A stretch of 64,000 nt of DNA from Armatimonadota bacterium (GTDB lineage: Bacteria > Armatimonadota > SYMT01), in assembly GCA_041690135.1 (NCBI GenBank), contig JAWLHY010000015.1, positions 64,001 through 128,000 on the forward strand. The letters are read 5' to 3'. Each line of letters starts with the position of its first letter. The first letter of the stretch is position 1. The notes under the pieces are model-generated. The model saw nothing but the letters and a program-made list of their open reading frames with translations, was not told where the DNA came from and made no database searches. This document shows, piece after piece, positions 59,750 to 64,000 of this stretch. A program made the translations under genes and the position numbers.

Positions 59750-59845
59750 TCGACACAGAGGGACACAGAAAAGACGAGAGGGAACACAGAAGAGAACAAA
59801 CAGATTTCTGTGTTTCTCTGTTCCTTCTGTGTCCCTCTGTGTCAA
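59750..59845. repeat. GACACAGAG inverted-pair element, copy 4
   Basis: CGACACAGAGGGACACAGA...TCTGTGTCCCTCTGTGTCAA. Confidence 0.85.
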
Positions 59846-59860
59846 GAAATCAGTCCGCGC

Positions 59861-61444
59861 TCAGGACAACAGCACCGCCAGGACGGCCTTTTGCGCGTGG
59901 AGGCGGTTTTCCGCCTGGTGGAAGATGACGCTGTTCGGACCGTCGATCACCTCGGGCGTCACCTCTACTCCGCGGCGAGCGGGGAGACAGTGCATGAAAA
60001 GAAAGTCCGGCTTGGCCAGCGCAATCAGCTCTTCGTTGACCTGCAGCCCGCCCAACCGCTTCTGTACCTGTACGGGGTCCTCTTCCGCGGAGACGTCCGC
60101 CCAGGCATCCGTATAGATCACGTCCGCCCCTCCGCAGGCCGAACGCGCGTCGTGCGAGTGGGTAACCGATCCGCCCACCGCCTCTGCGTCCGCGCGCGCC
60201 GCCCGCAGCAACTCCGGTTCCGGCACCCAGTTCTCCGGCGTCACCAGCACCATGTGCGCGCCCAGCTTGGCGCCGAGGAGCATCAGCGACTGCGCCACAT
60301 GCCGCTTGTTGCCCACGAATACGACCTTCTGCCCTTCGACCGAACCCCGCCGCTCCCACAGGGTGAGGAACGCGGCCAGTGCCTCGCAGGGGTGTTCGCG
60401 GCTGGAGAGACCGTTGATCACGGGAACCCGGGAGAACTGCGCCAGTTCCGCGATACTCTGGTGGGAAAAGGCGCGTGCGAGCAGCCCATCCACCCAGAGC
60501 TCCAGGCTCCGCGCCAGGTCCGCCGTCAGTTCCGGACGTCCCGCCACGCTATCGAGCTGGTGCATCGAGATGGCATGCCCGCCAAGCTGGAACATACCGG
60601 TCTCGAACGTCACCCGGGTGCGCAGCGCAGGACGCTCGAACACCATCGCCAGCGTCTTGCCATCCAGCAATCCCCGGTGAGCCGTCTTGCTGATGTTCAA
60701 TGTTTCTTTCAACACCCGGGCCGCGGCCAGGAACGCCCAGGCTTGCTCCCGGGTCAGGTCTTCGATCCCCCGCAGGTCTGTCAGCCCGCGGCAGGCCGCG
60801 CGGGCCAGGTCTACGCCCAACACCGCATTCGCCTCCGCACTGCGAGCGGACCGTTCCTCGGGCGCACGTCGGGATAGGGCAAGCAGCGCTTTGACGTACG
60901 ACCACACGTCCTCGCCGGTCTCCGCTGCCTGGCGCTCCTCTTCCTGCCGGAAGGCGACCAGCTTCTGCATCTGCTCGCGGAGGGTCTCGTTGAGGACCTG
61001 AGTCTCCTCATCGCGGTTGTGTGTCGCCTGAACCTCGTTGCGGGTTCGCTCCAGGTCCGCGCCCTGGGCCGAGAGGCCCCGCGCCGCGAGGCTATCGTGC
61101 TGGCGGATCAATCCCAGCAGCAGGTGCTCGGTGCCGATGTAGTTGTCGCGGAGCCGCCGGGCCTCCTCGTAGGCGGAGTTGAGCACGGCCTTGGTCGCGG
61201 GTGTGACCACCATCGCTTCACCGGTTCCGGCATGCCCGTGCGGGAGGCGGACCTCCACCTCCCGCGCGATGCTCTCCAGATGCAGCCCCAGCCGCTCCAG
61301 GACCCGGGTCGCCGTCGCATCCGACTCCCGCGCCAGGGCCAGGAGCACGTGCTCCGGCTCCACGCGCGTTCCGCCCAGGCGCGCCGCTTCCTGCTCGGCA
61401 AACGCCAGGACCTGGTTCGCTCGCTCCGTCATCCGCTGCCACAT
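59861..61444 (-). CDS. Clp N-terminal repeat domain fused to a degenerate OTCase paralog
   Basis: MWQRMTERANQVL..EPEHVLLAL..YIGTEHLLLGL (Clp-N x2), then FERPALRTR, HPCEAL, GNKRHVA, DAWADV, HCLP. Confidence 0.88.
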   Translation of the reverse strand: MWQRMTERANQVLAFAEQEAARLGGTRVEPEHVLLALARESDATATRVLERLGLHLESIAREVEVRLPHGHAGTGEAMVVTPATKAVLNSAYEEARRLRDNYIGTEHLLLGLIRQHDSLAARGLSAQGADLERTRNEVQATHNRDEETQVLNETLREQMQKLVAFRQEEERQAAETGEDVWSYVKALLALSRRAPEERSARSAEANAVLGVDLARAACRGLTDLRGIEDLTREQAWAFLAAARVLKETLNISKTAHRGLLDGKTLAMVFERPALRTRVTFETGMFQLGGHAISMHQLDSVAGRPELTADLARSLELWVDGLLARAFSHQSIAELAQFSRVPVINGLSSREHPCEALAAFLTLWERRGSVEGQKVVFVGNKRHVAQSLMLLGAKLGAHMVLVTPENWVPEPELLRAARADAEAVGGSVTHSHDARSACGGADVIYTDAWADVSAEEDPVQVQKRLGGLQVNEELIALAKPDFLFMHCLPARRGVEVTPEVIDGPNSVIFHQAENRLHAQKAVLAVLLS

Positions 61445-61532
61445 AACTATTCAACTCCAAACGGTCGGGTGTTCGGGCATTCAGGTGTTCAGGCCACCCC
61501 TCGGGTGGTAAACATTCAGGCAGACTGCCAAC

Positions 61533-61583
61533 TGCCTTCCGCCTTCTGCCTTCCGCCTTCTGCCTTCTGCCTTCTGCCTTCTG
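61533..61583. repeat. Heptamer tandem repeat (GCCTTCY)n
   Basis: CTGCCTTCCGCCTTCTGCCTTCCGCCTTCTGCCTTCTGCCTTCTGCCTTC. Confidence 0.9.
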
Positions 61584-61586
61584 GCC

Positions 61587-62801
61587 TCAGAGGGCTGCCT
61601 CGATGGCCCTTTCGAGGATTGCCAGACCTTCGTCCGCCTGCTCTCGCGTGAGGATGACGGGCGGCAGGATCCGCAGGGTGGTGTCGCCCACGCCGTGGAT
61701 CACCAGACCTGCTTCCAGCGCGTTCTCCAGGGCGGCTTTGCCCTGCGCGCCTTCGAACTCTATCGCGAGCATGAGCCCCAAGCCACGCACGTCCTGGATG
61801 ACCGGCCACCGGCTCTTCCATTCCCGGAACCGCCCGAGAAGATACTCTCCTTGTTCCGCGGCGTTCCGGACACAGTCACCCGCTTCCAGGGCCTCGATGC
61901 CCGCCGCGGCGGCTGCCGTGGCGAGAGGATTACCGCCGAACGTGGAGCCGTGGTCTCCGGGCACCAGCGCGCAGCGCTCCGGCTTCGCCAGGCACGCCCC
62001 GATTGCCAGGCCCGCCCCCAACGCCTTCGCCAGGGTCACCACATCAGGATCGACCCCATAGTGCTCGTAACACCAGAACCGCCCCGTCCGCCCGAAGCCG
62101 GTCTGCACCTCGTCGATCATGAAGAGCACGTCTCGCTCCCGGCAAATCCGCTCCAGGCCCTGCATGAACTCCGCCCCGGCGGGATAGGTCCCGCTCTCAC
62201 CCTGCACCGGCTCGACAAAGACGGCGCAGGTCTGCGGACCCACGGCCGCCGAGACCGCGTCCAGGTCCTGCCACGGCACATGCCGGAAGCCCGGCACGAT
62301 CGGCTCGAAGCCCCGGTGGAACTTCGTCTGCCCCGTGGCGGAAAGCGCGCCATAGGTACGACCGTGGAACGAGCCCTGGAACGTCACCACCTCGTAGCAG
62401 TCGTCGCCCCGCCGCTGGTGGCCCCATTTCCGCGCCAGCTTGATCGCCGTCTCACTCGTTTCAGCGCCGGAGTTGCAGAAGAATGCTTTCCGGCCGCCGG
62501 TCCGCTCGCATAGCAACTTGCCCAGCCCTGCCGCCCAGGGATGGTGGAAGTCGTTCGAGACGTATGTAAGGGTCTCCAACTGCTGCTTCAGCGCCGCCGT
62601 CACGTGCGGGTGGCAGTGACCCAGCGCATTCCCCGCGCGACCGCCGGAAACCCAGTCGAGGTAGCGCTTTCCGGCGCTGTCCCACATGTAAGCGCCTTCG
62701 CCGCGCACGAACACGATGGGGATGCGACCGTACGTGGTCTGGACGTACTGCTGGTACTCCTGCAAGACCTGGTCTTTCGACCACTCGGCTGGGTTGCTCA
62801 T
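61587..62801 (-). CDS. argD: Acetylornithine aminotransferase (class III PLP)
   Basis: FFCNSGAE, SFHGRT, EPVQGE, DEVQTGFGRTG, LAKALG, HGSTFGGNP; arg cluster context. Confidence 0.9.
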   Translation of the reverse strand: MSNPAEWSKDQVLQEYQQYVQTTYGRIPIVFVRGEGAYMWDSAGKRYLDWVSGGRAGNALGHCHPHVTAALKQQLETLTYVSNDFHHPWAAGLGKLLCERTGGRKAFFCNSGAETSETAIKLARKWGHQRRGDDCYEVVTFQGSFHGRTYGALSATGQTKFHRGFEPIVPGFRHVPWQDLDAVSAAVGPQTCAVFVEPVQGESGTYPAGAEFMQGLERICRERDVLFMIDEVQTGFGRTGRFWCYEHYGVDPDVVTLAKALGAGLAIGACLAKPERCALVPGDHGSTFGGNPLATAAAAAGIEALEAGDCVRNAAEQGEYLLGRFREWKSRWPVIQDVRGLGLMLAIEFEGAQGKAALENALEAGLVIHGVGDTTLRILPPVILTREQADEGLAILERAIEAAL

Positions 62802-63163
62802 TGGGCCCTCCTCCTCGAGAAAGACAAACAAAAAGAGACGGAGCGAATGCCCCGTCTCTCTTGGAAAACAGTGAACCTGAAGTCAAGCGTCAGGATCGTT
62901 GCCGTGGGACAGGCGCGCCAATAGGATTCCGCCCACGACGGCGACGTTCCTTGTGCCCGCTCTCGATCTGTCCGAAACTGGTATTCACGGCAGGGAAAGT
63001 GTAGCCCGCCCAGGAGGCGTTCGTCAACTTCCCCGACATAGTGCGTGTTGCGAATTGCGTAAGGGCCCCTCCTACTCCTACTCCTACTCCTACTGTTCCC
63101 CGCCTCTCCCTCCGTCTGCCAGCACTTCCAATTGCAACGCTCGTGCTGCTACACTGAATCACC

Positions 63164-63802
63164 ATGCCCCTGGATTCCACGCTCAAGAATCGCCTCCCAC
63201 TGCTGGGCGGGGCGGTAGCCCTCACGTTAATCGGCTCCGGAACCGCTCTCACGTGGCGGACCCTCAACGCCGACCCGGGCGTGGTGGTCCGCGTCGCCAC
63301 CGATCCGGAGGTCGCCGCATCGCCCCAGGGAAAGGCGGCCCCGCCCATTGAGGGCTTCCGCCAGGGGAAGAAGCGACCGTCAGCCTTTGGCCTGCCGGAC
63401 TACGCCCGCGGGTTCGATTACCATTCCCTGGAAGCGGGGACGAACGGCAACCTGGCTGGGTCCAGCGCCTTCCTGGTAACCCAGGGGAACGCGGCCGAAG
63501 TGGCCGACTACTACCTTCTGGAACTGGGACGGAAAGGATGGGAGCTGGTGTGGCAGAAGGACACTTCCGCTCACCCCGGCAACGATCCGGCCCGGAAGCC
63601 ACTCACGGGCACCCGCATCCGGTGGATCGACACGCGGTACGAACGCCAGGTCACGCTGCTCGCACTGGATGACCCCTCCGAAAAGCATTCGGTGCAGGCG
63701 GTTTTGAGCTGGGTCCGGCTCCCACGAGCCACGGGTACACCGCGCTCGGACAGCGGCAGGAGCGAGTCGCCCGTAGCTAACGCAGCTCGGGCGGCGCGGT
63801 AA
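63164..63802 (+). CDS. Hypothetical membrane-anchored protein
   Basis: N-terminal TM; VADYYLLEL...GW motif. Confidence 0.7.
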   Translation: MPLDSTLKNRLPLLGGAVALTLIGSGTALTWRTLNADPGVVVRVATDPEVAASPQGKAAPPIEGFRQGKKRPSAFGLPDYARGFDYHSLEAGTNGNLAGSSAFLVTQGNAAEVADYYLLELGRKGWELVWQKDTSAHPGNDPARKPLTGTRIRWIDTRYERQVTLLALDDPSEKHSVQAVLSWVRLPRATGTPRSDSGRSESPVANAARAAR

Positions 63803-63909
63803 ATTGCATCCGGTTCCGGCTCCAAACACAAACCGTCCAGCCGGAGAGACGGAAAGCCCCCCGAAGTCGTCGCGCCGCACTGGCAGCCCCGGGCGAAGCG
63901 GGGTAATGG

Positions 63910-63939
63910 TTGCGTGAACCCGCGGGCGAGGAGTATAAT
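63910..63939 (+). promoter_or_regulatory. Possible sigma70 promoter for a gene beyond the window
   Basis: TTGCGT-18 nt-TATAAT. Confidence 0.45.
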
Positions 63940-64000
63940 CGAGACAGGTAGGCCGGGCTTTCCCCCAGAAGAAGGCGCGGCCTTTCGTTGTTCCGGGCGG

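Noticed and set aside
58478-60877. 799-aa plus-strand ORF (also 40101-41771, 54659-55831)
   Set aside because: Antisense to argF, sulfatase and argH.
62802-63160. ARG box or riboswitch upstream of argD
   Set aside because: No convincing TGAATA-type palindrome or recognisable aptamer.
1-64000. tRNA, rRNA, integrase or transposase genes
   Set aside because: None recognised by eye; tRNAscan-SE and ISfinder were not run.

Overview
High-GC bacterial chromosomal segment; gene style and repeat families suggest an Armatimonadota-like lineage (inference only). Housekeeping content: a fused secDF running off the left edge, two hybrid histidine kinases, an acyl-CoA dehydrogenase, sulfatases, family-4 UDG, HIT, ROK, a MazEF-type pair, tmk-darA-holB and an arginine cluster (argD, ClpN-argF', argF, GxxExxY, argG, paiB, argH). 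Standout observations: (1) a lower-GC island at about 18.0-26.5 kb with a tightly coupled operon encoding a DNA adenine MTase, a HAD hydrolase, a GGDEF-like/thymidylate-synthase-like fusion lacking the catalytic Cys, a SAM MTase and a second DNA MTase, plus a convergent divergent dUTPase and no restriction nuclease. This is the best candidate for an undescribed nucleotide-modification, signalling or defence system. (2) A signal-peptide uORF ending RGPP upstream of secDF, whose last 9 nt are perfectly complementary to the secDF Shine-Dalgarno region, as expected for arrest-peptide control. (3) A Clp-N domain fused to a degenerate OTCase paralog. (4) An ABC exporter with a C-terminal RCK_C domain. 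(5) A 6S-like ncRNA candidate and several REP/MITE-like repeat families. All calls come from motif recognition by eye; no searches were run.
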